Shown piece by piece: positions 1 through 9,800 of a DNA stretch of 64,000 nucleotides (position 1 is the stretch's first letter; each line of letters starts with the position of its first letter). The notes under the pieces are model-generated. The model was not told where the DNA came from, ran no database searches, and worked only from the letters and a program-made list of their open reading frames with translations. Position numbers and translations under genes: made by a program. Source of the stretch: Verrucomicrobiaceae bacterium (GTDB lineage Bacteria > Verrucomicrobiota > Verrucomicrobiia > Chthoniobacterales > Chthoniobacteraceae). The stretch covers positions 11,099 to 75,098 of the forward strand of contig JANMGP010000353.1 of the NCBI GenBank assembly GCA_031374705.1, written 5' to 3'.

Positions 1-421
1 ACTTTTCACCGCAACTCACGAGCCGTTTAGGGGTAATCAGCCGCTTGGAATCAGCCGAGTCCACAAAAGGGAGATTCTTCTCTGCGAATCGCGCTCCGTC
101 GAAAGTATAAATGCTGAATCTCGGAGTTGCGCTAGTAGGTGCTGATGCGAGCGCAAAAGTACGGCTGTCTGGTGCCCAATGCACCGTAGCCTGCAAATTA
201 GAGACCTCGATGTTCGGTTGAGTGGTTCTCAATTCCGATTCGCCGAAAAACTTCACTTCCGCTCCGCGAGCGCTACGCACGACGACGATTTTGTGCTTTC
301 CATCCGGTGAAACATATCGGCCATCAGGACCGTAATTTTCCTCATCAGCGTGCACCGAACCAGCGACCACAGCCAAGGCAATGGTGGTGCAGGAAAGAGC
401 AAGTGTGAGGATTTGTTTCAT
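1..421 (-). CDS. hypothetical secreted protein (C-terminal part lies outside the window)
   Basis: ATG at 421-419 on the minus strand opens a frame that stays open to position 1. It is absent from the ORF track because it runs off the edge. My translation is MKQILTLALSCTTIALAVVAGSVHADEENYGPDGRYVSPDGKHKIVVV..., with a signal-peptide-like N-terminus. Confidence 0.55.
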   Translation of the reverse strand, partial: MKQILTLALSCTTIALAVVAGSVHADEENYGPDGRYVSPDGKHKIVVVRSARGAEVKFFGESELRTTQPNIEVSNLQATVHWAPDSRTFALASAPTSATPRFSIYTFDGARFAEKNLPFVDSADSKRLITPKRLVSCGEK

Positions 422-435
422 CGAAAAATTAAAAA

Positions 436-786
436 TTAAGCTGTGGCGCGGAAGCCGGTGACGGGCTCCACGCGGCCATCCATCGCTACGGAGAAACCGC
501 GCAGGCGCACTCCGTCGGTGAGCTTTGCGGGCGGTTCGATGCGCACGTCGTAGTGGCTCTCGGATGGCTGCACGCCTTTGAGGAAAACGACGCTCGCAAT
601 CGAGTGGTCCGTCGCCAGTCCGCGGCGTTCGAGTTCGCCCTGCGCCGCTTGCGTGGCTCCGACGAGATTGATGGTGCGTTCAGTCTGAGAGATATTTGCC
701 ATGCGGGAAGCCGGTGCGCTCGCGTTCGAGATGTTGGGCATCGCCGCCGCGAGGCAGCCGATAGCGAGTGTGAGTTTGCGTTTCAT
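436..786 (-). CDS. small secreted hypothetical protein (116 aa)
   Basis: ORF 436..873 trimmed to the internal ATG at 786. MKRKLTLAIGCLAAAMPNISNASAP looks like a signal peptide. The 29-aa extension upstream of it looks non-coding. Confidence 0.5.
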   Translation of the reverse strand: MKRKLTLAIGCLAAAMPNISNASAPASRMANISQTERTINLVGATQAAQGELERRGLATDHSIASVVFLKGVQPSESHYDVRIEPPAKLTDGVRLRGFSVAMDGRVEPVTGFRATA

Positions 787-937
787 GGTCAGTTGGTGGA
801 AAAAAGTGCCGTGGAAGCCGACCGTGGGGTCAAGCCAGCGGCGATAAAGGTGTTCAAAATCGCGCAGTCGCAATAAGCGGCAGATGAAAGATGGCTCTTT
901 TTGCTCATTCGGCTGCGTGCGGGCTGTATAAATATAC

Positions 938-1124
938 CCAAACTCGCAATACCGAGCTCGGTATTGCCTCTCCGGACATCCAAACTCGTAATCCCGAGCT
1001 CGGTATTGCCTCTCCGGACATCCAAACTCGTAATCCCGAGCTCGGCATTGCCTCTCCGGACGTCCAAACTCGTAATCCCGAGCTCGGCATTGCCTCCCCG
1101 GACATCCAAACTCGCAATCCCGAC
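938..1124. repeat. tandem repeat, 42-bp unit x 4.5 copies with a palindromic core
   Basis: Units at 938-979, 980-1021, 1022-1063 and 1064-1105, plus a partial unit at 1106-1124. The consensus is CCAAACTCGTAATCCCGAGCTCGGTATTGCCTCTCCGGACAT. Copy 1 holds a perfect 18-bp palindrome, AATACCGAGCTCGGTATT (948-965); later copies differ by 1-2 nt. It lies in the intergenic space between two minus-strand genes. Confidence 0.9.
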
Positions 1125-1210
1125 TTCAGGAGCAAAACGGCTCAAGCGTTCGCCGTTGTCGAAGAATGATTGGTCAAATCTGTAATCAGTGGGTGTGAGA
1201 TTCATAGAGT

Positions 1211-1891
1211 TCATGAGTTCGGCACGGATTGCCAAATCGCTGCGGCACTCTCTCTCAACTGTGCGTCACGCTGTGCATCACGGATTGTCTTTAATGCGTC
1301 GTGCGCTGATCTCGCGTCAGACACAGCGTCTTTATACTGTAACCACAAGTGTACTGTTGCCGCTGGAATCTCCACATGGTGCAAAATATACTCAAAGTTG
1401 AGCGTCTTTTCGGAGCAACCAAAGGCATCAGCATCAGGTCTTCTGGATTGAACTGGATAACCTCTTGACTCAATGGCTTTTGCAAAATCTGCGATTAGAC
1501 TATGTATCGCTATTCCGAAGCGTTTCTCAAGATCTGCTGGCGCATCACGAAAACTAAGTCTGCCGATTGAGGGAACAGTTTTTGGTGTTTGAAATCCCGA
1601 TTTGTGCTCCCAAAGTCCACTTACTTTAAACAGGATATTTCCTAAATCTCGTGCTTTATCAGCGCAATTTCTGACGTCCTGAATTAAAGCATTCACTCCG
1701 TCTGCACCGAGGCGGATCGTAATTTCATCAACAGCGGGCTTTGAACATATCGATTTGGCGATTTGGACAAACTGATCGGAAATTCCATCGGAAAGCGCAG
1801 TCACAAATTTATCGGAAATCTGACAACAAGAAGCCAAATGCTTCTCAAAATCAGCTTCTAGTTCAGCCAGCGTTGGTTCAGTTTCGCCCAT
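1211..1891 (-). CDS. hypothetical protein (226 aa), low-GC orphan immediately downstream of dnaK
   Basis: Intact ORF with an ATG start, 5 nt after the dnaK stop. It is visibly more AT-rich than its neighbours. I see no TM segment, signal peptide or recognisable motif. Confidence 0.55.
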   Translation of the reverse strand: MGETEPTLAELEADFEKHLASCCQISDKFVTALSDGISDQFVQIAKSICSKPAVDEITIRLGADGVNALIQDVRNCADKARDLGNILFKVSGLWEHKSGFQTPKTVPSIGRLSFRDAPADLEKRFGIAIHSLIADFAKAIESRGYPVQSRRPDADAFGCSEKTLNFEYILHHVEIPAATVHLWLQYKDAVSDARSAHDALKTIRDAQRDAQLRESAAAIWQSVPNS

Positions 1892-1896
1892 CCCTT

Positions 1897-3846
1897 CTAC
1901 TTCTTCTTATCCCCATCCACGACCTCAAACTCCGCGTCCACGACGTCGCCGTCCTTCTTGGCGGCTCCGGCGTTAGCGGCTCCACCTGCGGACTGTGCGA
2001 AGTCTTCGGGCGTGGTCTGCTGACCGGCTCCGGCGGCTGCGTTTTTGTAGAGGTCTTCGCTGATTGCCTGGAACTTGTTTTGCAGCTCGGTGTAGGCGGT
2101 TTTGATCGCTTCCACGTCGTTGCCTTTCAGCGCCTCTTTTACGTCGGCGATGAGTTTTTCGACTTCCGCTTTCTTGTCGCCGGGGACTTTGTCGCCGAGG
2201 TCCTTGAGCTGCTTCTCGCATTGATACGCGAGGTTGTCGGCGTTGTTGCGAATCTCGACGGATTCCTTCGCCTTTTTGTCCTCGTCGGCGTGGAGCTCGG
2301 CCTCGCGCTGCATGCGATCGACTTCGTCCTTGCTGAGTCCGGAGCTGCCGGTGATGGAGATTTTCTGCTCCTTGCCGGTGCCGAGATCTTTCGCGGAGAC
2401 GTGGAGGATTCCGTTGGCATCGATGTCAAAGGTGACTTCGATTTGCGGCGTGCCACGCGGGGCTGGCGGGATGCCGTCGAGCTTGAAGTTGCCGAGTGTC
2501 TTGTTGTCTTTCGACATCGGGCGCTCGCCCTGGATGACGACGATTTCCACGCCGGACTGGTTGTCCGAGTAGGTGGAGAAAATCTGCTGCTTCCGCGACG
2601 GGATGGTCGTGTTGCGGGTGATCATCGGAGTGGCGACACCGCCTGCGGTCTCGATGGCCAGCGTGAGCGGGGCCACGTCGAGCAGGAGCACGTCCTTCAC
2701 ATCACCCTTGAGCACACCGCCCTGGATGGCCGCGCCGATGGCGACGACTTCGTCCGGGTTGACGCCTTTGTGCGGCTCTTTGCCGATGATGGAGCGTGCG
2801 GTCTCGATGACCTTTGGCATGCGGGTCATACCGCCGACGAGCACGAGTTCGTTGATTTCTTTTTCGCTCATGCCGGCGTCTTTCATACAAGCGCGGGTCG
2901 GTGCGAGCGTGCGCTCGAAAAGCTTGTCGGTGAGCTGCTCCAGCTTCGAACGGGTGAGCGTTTTCTGGATGTGCTTCGGTCCGGTCTGGTCTGCGGTGAT
3001 GAACGGCAGATTGATGTCGTATTGCTGCGAGGAGGAGAGCGCGATCTTCGCTTTCTCCGCTTCTTCTTTAATACGCTGAATCGCGTCGGGCTGCTTCGTG
3101 AGGTCGAGGCCGGAGTCGGCTTTGAACTCTGCGAGAATCCAGTCCATGAGCGCATTGTCCCAGTCGTCGCCGCCGAGATGCGTGTCGCCGTTGGTGGCCT
3201 TCACTTCGAAGACGCCGTCGCCGATTTCCAGCACGGAAATATCGAACGTTCCGCCGCCGAGGTCATACACCGCGATCTTCTCGTCCTTCGCCTTGTCGAG
3301 GCCGTAAGCGAGCGATGCCGCCGTGGGCTCGTTAATAATACGGAGCACTTCGAGGCCCGCGATTTTACCCGCGTCCTTCGTAGCCTGACGTTGCGAGTCG
3401 TTGAAATAAGCGGGCACCGTGACGATGGCCTGAGTGATGGTTTCGCCGAGCTTTGCTTCCGCGTCGGACTTCATCTTCGCGAGAATCATCGCGCTGATTT
3501 CCGGTGGCGAAAACGTCTTCGTCTCACCTGCGACCTGCACCTGGATGTGCGCGTCGCCATTCGCGGCCTTCACCACTTTATAAGGCACGCGCTTCAACTC
3601 GTCCTGCACTTCGTCGAACTTGCGTCCCATGAAACGCTTCACCGAGAAAATCGTGTTCGTAGGGTTTGTCACCGCTTGGCGTTTTGCAGCCTGCCCGACG
3701 AGACGTTCGCCTGTTTTGCTGAATGCGACAACGCTGGGCGTCGTGCGTGCGCCTTCCGAGTTTTCAAGAACCAGTGGTTCCTGCCCATCCATGACGGACA
3801 TACAGGAGTTGGTCGTGCCGAGGTCGATACCGAGAATTTTAGCCAT
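1897..3846 (-). CDS. dnaK: molecular chaperone DnaK (Hsp70)
   Basis: ORF 1897..3879 trimmed to [19 protein letters not shown]. Hsp70 signatures present: [34 protein letters not shown]. Full length of about 649 aa. Confidence 0.97.
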   Translation of the reverse strand: MAKILGIDLGTTNSCMSVMDGQEPLVLENSEGARTTPSVVAFSKTGERLVGQAAKRQAVTNPTNTIFSVKRFMGRKFDEVQDELKRVPYKVVKAANGDAHIQVQVAGETKTFSPPEISAMILAKMKSDAEAKLGETITQAIVTVPAYFNDSQRQATKDAGKIAGLEVLRIINEPTAASLAYGLDKAKDEKIAVYDLGGGTFDISVLEIGDGVFEVKATNGDTHLGGDDWDNALMDWILAEFKADSGLDLTKQPDAIQRIKEEAEKAKIALSSSQQYDINLPFITADQTGPKHIQKTLTRSKLEQLTDKLFERTLAPTRACMKDAGMSEKEINELVLVGGMTRMPKVIETARSIIGKEPHKGVNPDEVVAIGAAIQGGVLKGDVKDVLLLDVAPLTLAIETAGGVATPMITRNTTIPSRKQQIFSTYSDNQSGVEIVVIQGERPMSKDNKTLGNFKLDGIPPAPRGTPQIEVTFDIDANGILHVSAKDLGTGKEQKISITGSSGLSKDEVDRMQREAELHADEDKKAKESVEIRNNADNLAYQCEKQLKDLGDKVPGDKKAEVEKLIADVKEALKGNDVEAIKTAYTELQNKFQAISEDLYKNAAAGAGQQTTPEDFAQSAGGAANAGAAKKDGDVVDAEFEVVDGDKKK

Positions 3847-4078
3847 AAAGTTGTTTTTTGAGGTGTTAAGAGTAACCACGCCACACCCTGCAATCCCCGA
3901 GCCATCAACGTAAGCATTGTTGAAGAACCTTATGTAGAGTATCTTACGAAATATTCGAAGTATTGGCGAGGTGCGCCAAATTAATTATATTGGCACAAAG
4001 TGAGACAGACTGGCGCGCCAAAGTGGCGCAGGTGGCGATTTTTATGAAAATGGCACGAATAAGGGTTGTTGTGTGGCT

Positions 4079-4573
4079 ATGAAACAAGGAAACGCAGAGC
4101 CCAAACTGAGTGGGCCTTCCGAAATGCAGGCACTCCGGTCAGCGCTCGAGGAGGCCTCGCAAGTCGTGAAGCGTGCCGAAGCGCTTCTCGCAGTCGCTCG
4201 TGGCGAAGCGCAGGCGGAGAAGACTCGCGCCGCCCTGTATTTCTCGGAGCTGAGCCGGGAGAGGGCGCGAGCAGACCAGTGGCAGGCGGAGGCAGCAACG
4301 GAAGTCGCCCGAGCCCGCCGTGCTACGGAAGGAGGGCTGGCGGTCGCGGCGAATTTCGAAGAGCTCCGGAAGGAAAATGAGCGACTCATGGCCATGCTGG
4401 CAGAGTCGGCGGGCGCTCCTGAGCCGCCTTCAAAAGCGCTGAGCGAAGCGAGTCCTCCAAAGAGTAAAAAGCTGCCCAATATTTTCGATCCGAACGAGGC
4501 TGATATCGGTGACGTGACGATCGAATACGACGACCCGGAGCAGGCAGAGCGCGATAAGAAAAACAGTGCGTAA
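4079..4573 (+). CDS. hypothetical coiled-coil protein (Ala/Glu/Arg-rich)
   Basis: ORF 4073..4573 starts at GTG 4073; the first ATG is at 4079. Heptad-like Ala/Glu/Arg-rich sequence with an acidic C-terminus. Divergent from dnaK. Not GrpE-like. Confidence 0.45.
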   Translation: MKQGNAEPKLSGPSEMQALRSALEEASQVVKRAEALLAVARGEAQAEKTRAALYFSELSRERARADQWQAEAATEVARARRATEGGLAVAANFEELRKENERLMAMLAESAGAPEPPSKALSEASPPKSKKLPNIFDPNEADIGDVTIEYDDPEQAERDKKNSA

Positions 4574-4582
4574 GCACGGCGC

Positions 4583-5305
4583 TTACAGTCCGCTCGTATC
4601 CGCTTTCCCGGCCTGCTCTTCCATCCAAGCCCTCGCCCTCTCCCTCTCGAGTTCCTGCCGTTCTCTCACGCCGGCCTGAGCGAGATCCTGATCCATGTAA
4701 GATACCTGGATCGTCGGTTTTCCAGGTGCCTGATCGATGGAATCGACCGTGGCCACCAGTTCGGTGGAAATCACCCGGTTGCCCTGCTTGAATGTGATGT
4801 CCGTCGGAAACGGAGTGTCAGTTGCGTTCCGGCGGACTTTAATTGTTGTGGTCGGCTTGGGCGGAGGCGGAGTGGCCGGTTTCGCTGCGGCAGGTGAGCC
4901 CGGCTTTGGCTGGATCACCGTCGTGGCGGGCTGCTCGACGGGCTCTGGCTTCGGCTGGTATTTTTCCTTCAGCAGCGCGGCCACCAGCATCGCTTCACGC
5001 TGTGCCTCGTCGAGCGTCTCGAATGGAGCACTGACACAGATGATCGAAACGATCCGGCCGGTCTTGGGCGTGACATTGACCCGGCATGTCTGGATTGCGC
5101 GGAACGGCTTCAATGCAGGCACGATGTAGGAGATGACGTCGCCGCCCGCACCGGTTTGCTTTGCAGTGGGGCCCGGCACAAACACGTCTCCGAGTCGAAA
5201 TCCGAAGCCGCCTTCGATTTTCTCCTCCACCACACCGCTGGCAATCGTCGTGAGCGAGACGCTGGCGGCCAACATTATCCCGAGCATGCGCAACATGTTC
5301 GTCAT
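4583..5305 (-). CDS. secreted hypothetical protein with Pro-rich linker
   Basis: N-terminal signal-like MTNMLRMLGIMLAASVSLTTIASG. Central PKPEPVEQPATTVIQPKPGSPAAAKPATPPPPKP linker. Confidence 0.55.
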   Translation of the reverse strand: MTNMLRMLGIMLAASVSLTTIASGVVEEKIEGGFGFRLGDVFVPGPTAKQTGAGGDVISYIVPALKPFRAIQTCRVNVTPKTGRIVSIICVSAPFETLDEAQREAMLVAALLKEKYQPKPEPVEQPATTVIQPKPGSPAAAKPATPPPPKPTTTIKVRRNATDTPFPTDITFKQGNRVISTELVATVDSIDQAPGKPTIQVSYMDQDLAQAGVRERQELERERARAWMEEQAGKADTSGL

Positions 5306-5367
5306 AGTCCCTCACACCGCTGGATTTGCAATGCCGGGATTGTCCGTTCGTTTTCCGGCGGGGCGCT

Positions 5368-6066
5368 TCACGCGCGGCCAGGCATCGGCAGCGCACGCCA
5401 TTCGCCCGGCGCGAGGCCGTCGAGTGCGATATCGCCAAACCGGCTCCGGTGCAGACGCGTCACCGTGCAGCCCTGACTCAAAAACATGCGCTTCACCTGA
5501 TGGTAGCGGCCCTCAGTGAGCTCCAGCCGGGCTTCCCGCGGGCCGAGAACCTCCACCCGCGATGGCAGGCACGGCTTGTCTTCATCATCGAGCATCAATG
5601 TGCCGCTCGCGAAAAGCTCCGCCAAGCCGGGGGGGAAATCGGAATCGACCGTGACTTCGTAAAGCTTCGCCACCTTATGCTTCGGCGACGTCCATCGATG
5701 GACCAGGTCGCCGTCATCGGTGATGAGCAGCACTCCGGTCGCATCCTTGTCGAGGCGTCCGATGGTGGTCACCACAGGGTTTCGCTCAAGCCAGCGCGGC
5801 GGAAGAAGATCGTAAATCGACGGACCCTCGCCGGGATCATGCGAGCAGACGTGGTCGGCCGGTTTATGCAAAAGCACGAGCAGCCCATCCGGGAACTCCA
5901 CAGGCTCGCCATCGACCAGCACGGCGGCCGGCGATGCCTTCTCCGATGGCGACGAAAGTACACGCCCGCCCAGGGTCACACGCCCGTCCTTGAGCCACGC
6001 CCGTGCCTCGCTGCGGCTGCAGTAGCCGTAGCGAGAGAGCAGCGCATCGAGTCGCACCGGCTTCAA
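5368..6066 (-). CDS. rsuA: 16S rRNA pseudouridine synthase, RsuA type (S4 domain plus RsuA/RluB/E/F catalytic domain)
   Basis: TTG start. N-terminal S4-like RLDALLSRYGYCSRSEARAWLKDGRVTL. Catalytic motif GRLDKDATGVLLITDDG. The 232-aa length fits RsuA rather than RluB or RluF. Confidence 0.8.
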   Translation of the reverse strand: MKPVRLDALLSRYGYCSRSEARAWLKDGRVTLGGRVLSSPSEKASPAAVLVDGEPVEFPDGLLVLLHKPADHVCSHDPGEGPSIYDLLPPRWLERNPVVTTIGRLDKDATGVLLITDDGDLVHRWTSPKHKVAKLYEVTVDSDFPPGLAELFASGTLMLDDEDKPCLPSRVEVLGPREARLELTEGRYHQVKRMFLSQGCTVTRLHRSRFGDIALDGLAPGEWRALPMPGRA

Positions 6067-6722
6067 ACGCGTTCCTTAAAAGGCTCGAATCCGATCTCGA
6101 AAAAGTTCGCCGAATTTTCCATCACGCTCGGCATCGTCCCGAGAAAGCTGTCCCACTCCTGATCATTTACAAACTGGGTGTCCCACGCGATGAACACGGA
6201 GTTTGGCACTGGCTGGGAGAGTTCGATGAGCACGCGGATATCCTTTTCCCAATCCTGAATCCGGACATGGCCCAGCGACGCCGGTTTGTGGATGAGCGAA
6301 CTGTGCGAAAACTGCCCCAGCCACTCGTCGCGCGCATCGGTGGTTTCGAACCGGGCGTGCGCATGCGCCGAGAGATGGGTCTGCGTTTTTGGATCGAAAT
6401 CCATCAGGTTGTAAAAACGCGTGAGCGTCTGGTGCATGATATTCCAGTCCCCCGCAGTGCGCGCATTGCGCACGCCGAACTTCACACGGTCCGCAGTCCG
6501 AACGAGCGTCCCGTTTTCGCCGAAAAAATTCGCCTTCAACTCGAAGTCAAACAAGTCATCAAAGCGGCGGAGCCGGATCTGATCCGGACGCAATGAAAGG
6601 CCGGTCTGCTGATTGCAGAGCTGCGCGGAAAACTCATCCAACTGTGCCTTGCCGTAAGGCTGCGGCACAGAGAACGGGACATCAACGTGAATGCCAAAAA
6701 GTTCGATTGGTACAATTTCCAT
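6063..6722 (-). CDS. hypothetical protein (219 aa), translationally coupled to rsuA
   Basis: ORF 6063..6815 trimmed to ATG 6722 (MEIVPIELFG...). Its TGA stop overlaps the rsuA TTG start (TTGA, 6063-6066). No motif recognised. Confidence 0.5.
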   Translation of the reverse strand: MEIVPIELFGIHVDVPFSVPQPYGKAQLDEFSAQLCNQQTGLSLRPDQIRLRRFDDLFDFELKANFFGENGTLVRTADRVKFGVRNARTAGDWNIMHQTLTRFYNLMDFDPKTQTHLSAHAHARFETTDARDEWLGQFSHSSLIHKPASLGHVRIQDWEKDIRVLIELSQPVPNSVFIAWDTQFVNDQEWDSFLGTMPSVMENSANFFEIGFEPFKERV

Positions 6723-6884
6723 ATGATCCAATGTACTCCCGAAACCGCCCGGAGAAAAGCCCGATCTCTTGGATGATGGTTTTTCGGATAGGTGGCCGGA
6801 CTGCCCGTGGATCAATCTGCAACGGCTGATCCATTATCCTCTGGAGGATCCGTCCGATTGGCGTAACAGAGGGAGGATACGGAC

Positions 6885-9800
6885 ATGAAATGCAGCAACC
6901 CGGACGCAACTTTTTCACATCCTCGCCTTTCCCGGACAACTTTGTTCTTGGTCTGTACGGGCTGGTGCGGATTGTCGAAATGGCTCGTCGCTCTGGTTTG
7001 CGCGCTGATGATGTTGGCGGGCGGTATCGCGGCTCCGACGGTTTCAAACCTTGCGCCGACCGGCGTGCCGACGGGGTCGAGTATTTACACGGGAGCTCCG
7101 CCGAGCCAGTTCACGGATGGCAGCGACGGAAATCGCGACGGGCAGTATTTCAGCGGGCTGTCGGTTTTTCACTCGGCGATTCCGGAGACAAGTCCGCCGA
7201 CTTTTTGGGAAGTGGATCTCGGTGCGAGCTACCGCCTCGATCGTGTAATGATCTGGCCTCGCACGGATGCGGCGCAGAGTACGGTGGAGAATTTTCGCAT
7301 CGTCGTCAGGGATAATACGAACGTGGTGGTCTGGCAGCAGAGCTTTCTGCCGACGAGCGCGGTGAATACCGTGTGGGGGACTTCCGCGATGCGGGGTGTA
7401 ACCGGGCGTCGGGTGCGGATTGAGCGCCTGGACCAGGCTCCGAATTTCATCACTTTCGCCGAGATGGAAGTGTGGGGCAGCGCGCAGGACGTGCCGCCAA
7501 ATCTCGCTCTGAACAAACCCGTGACCGCTTCGCCAAGCGGCTTTGGGACAGCCCCGGCGTCCGGAAATGACGGGAAGCTGGACGGCAATTATACACTCCC
7601 TGGAAATCCCATTTATCACAGCGCGGGCGCGGGCGCGGGGCAGTTTTGGGAGGTGGATCTCGGGCAGGATCGCCCAATCGATTACGTCACCATTTTTAAC
7701 CGGACGGACGGTGCCACGACGACCGGTGTCCGGCTGAAGGTGCGGAGTGCTTCGGGCATGGAAGTCTACGCGGCGACGCTCGGCGATATTTCGAGCAATG
7801 TGATCGTGAGAGGCGGCGTGCAGTTTGATACAACACACGACATCCCGGGCGTTGTCACGGGCCGGTATGTGCGTATCGAGACGACGTTGGCGCAGTATCT
7901 CGCGTTCACCGAACTGGAGGTGTTTGGTCCGGTCGCCGATACGCTCCCGCCGACGCTCGCCGCCACAGACCCCGTGGCCGGAACGCTGCTCGCGGAACTT
8001 GCGAACGCGGAGGTGACATTCAGCGAGGCTGTGACGGGTGTGAACGCGGCGGACTTGCGGGTGAATGGAGTCGCGGCGTCGTTCGTCACGCCGCTCGCGC
8101 CGGACCGGTACGCGTTCGTGTTTGCGCAACCGGCGAATGGAGTCGTCAATTTCACATGGGTCGCCGGACACGGAATCACGGATGCCGCGGGCAACCCGTT
8201 TGGGGGCGCGGGATGGAGCGTTACGCTGAATACCGCGCTACCGGCGCCAAAGCCGATCATCAGTGAATTCATGGCCGACAATGCGGGCGGACTTCGCGAT
8301 CAGGACGGCGCTTCTTCAGACTGGATCGAGATCTACAACCCCGGCCCGACTCCTGTGAACATGAACGGCTGGTTTCTCACAGACTTCGCTGTGATCCCTG
8401 CAAAATGGCGTATCCCCACGCTGGTCATCCCCGCCGGAAATCGGGTGATCATTTTCGCATCCGGCAAAGATCGGGCCATCGCGGGTGCTGAGTTGCACAC
8501 ATCGTTTAAGATGAAGAAGGAAGGCGGCTACGTGGCGCTCGTGAAGCCCGATCAGAGCACCGTTGCAAGCGCGTGGACCTACGGCCCGCAGCGGCAAAAC
8601 GCCAGCTATGGTGTCGGTGCCGCACTCGATGGAACTCCTCTCGTCGCGATCGGCGCAGCGGTGAAATGGCGGATCCCTACCGGCACCATCGCGGGCTGGG
8701 AGACCGTGGGCTTCAATGAAACCGGATGGACAAACGGAACCCTCGGTCTCGGCTTTGATCAGAATCCCGGCGGCGGCGGGCTGCTCGGCTTTTGGAATTT
8801 CAACAACGCCGCCAATCCTGCGTCCGCCGCCGATGCAAGCGGCAACGGCTTTTCCGGAACGGTCATTGGTGCGGCCTACACCGCCGACGGCGGAGGGCGT
8901 ACCGGCGCAGCCGGGGATAGGGCGATTTCTTTTGCAGGGACCGGGAGCATGTCCGTCGCCGCAGCGGCTGCGGGCGCATTTGATAGCAGCGCGACGAACA
9001 ACGCGGTCTCGGTGAGTCTTTGGGTGAATGGAAATGCCGCGGTCCAGCCGAGCGGAGATTTTCTGTTTTACGCCGGTGCGAATTCCGACGGCAGCGGCGA
9101 GCGTGTGCTTGGGGCCCATCTTCCGTGGAGTGACTCCGTGATTTATTGGGACACCGGATGCTGCGATCCGAGCCTGAATCGCATCTTTATCGGCGAGCCA
9201 AATCCCGCGCGATGGGAGGGACAGTGGAACCACTACGTCTTTCTGAAAAACGGCAACACGAAGGAAATCTGGCAGAACGGAACGCTGCTCCACAGCGCGC
9301 AGAACACGGCGAATTTCGGAACATTCCGCAGCCTCATGCTCGGCGGTGCGACCGGAGGCGGCGGGTATCACGGGCTTGTGGATGATTTTGTGATGTGGGA
9401 CAGCGCGCTCTCGCCTGCGGAGATAGCGGCCATCGCTGCGGGAGGTTCGCCACTCGCCGCACGCAGACTCACGCCTTACATCTCGTCGGATGCCGCTGGG
9501 CAGATGCGGAATGTGAACGCCAGCGTGTATGCCCGCGTTCACTTTGACGTCGCAAATCCGGCAGTCCTCGATGTCCTGCTTTTGCGAATGCGCTACGACG
9601 ACGGATTCGTGGCGTATTTGAACGGCGTGGAAGTAGCGCGTCGCAACGCACCCGGCACGCCGGTCTTCAACTCCGTGGCCAGTATCACGCGGCCTGGAGG
9701 AGCGGCGTTCATGGTGGAGGAATTCGACATTTCCGCCTACGCGCCGCTGCTCGTCGCGGGCGATAACGTGCTCGCTTTTCAAGGACTGAATTCTTCTGCG

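Noticed and set aside
938-1124. Possible CRISPR array
   Set aside because: The whole 42-bp unit is repeated. There are no unique spacers between repeats and no cas genes nearby.
789-1235. Repeat-containing ORFs through the 42-bp array (789..1235 minus, 891..1169 plus, 901..1185 plus, 905..1135 minus)
   Set aside because: Several frames on both strands are open simply because the unit is a stop-free multiple of 3. The longest one overlaps the neighbouring genes. Coding is kept only as a low-probability alternative.
1741-3861. 706-aa plus-strand ORF
   Set aside because: It lies exactly antisense to dnaK. The composition is Val/Gly/Arg/Leu-rich, typical of a shadow ORF in high-GC DNA. dnaK on the minus strand is unambiguous.
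4051-4070. TGGCAC hexamer as a sigma-54 promoter for the 4079 gene
   Set aside because: No TTGC/CTGC lies at the required N5 spacing, and the hexamer is only ~25 nt from the start codon.
3847-4072. CIRCE (HrcA) or HAIR (HspR) operator upstream of dnaK
   Set aside because: Neither consensus is present on either strand. Only the unrelated GCGCC-type palindromes reported above are there.
7044-9782. 375-aa and 488-aa minus-strand ORFs (7044..8171, 8316..9782)
   Set aside because: They are antisense shadows of the 1777-aa giant gene and are Arg-rich with no motifs.
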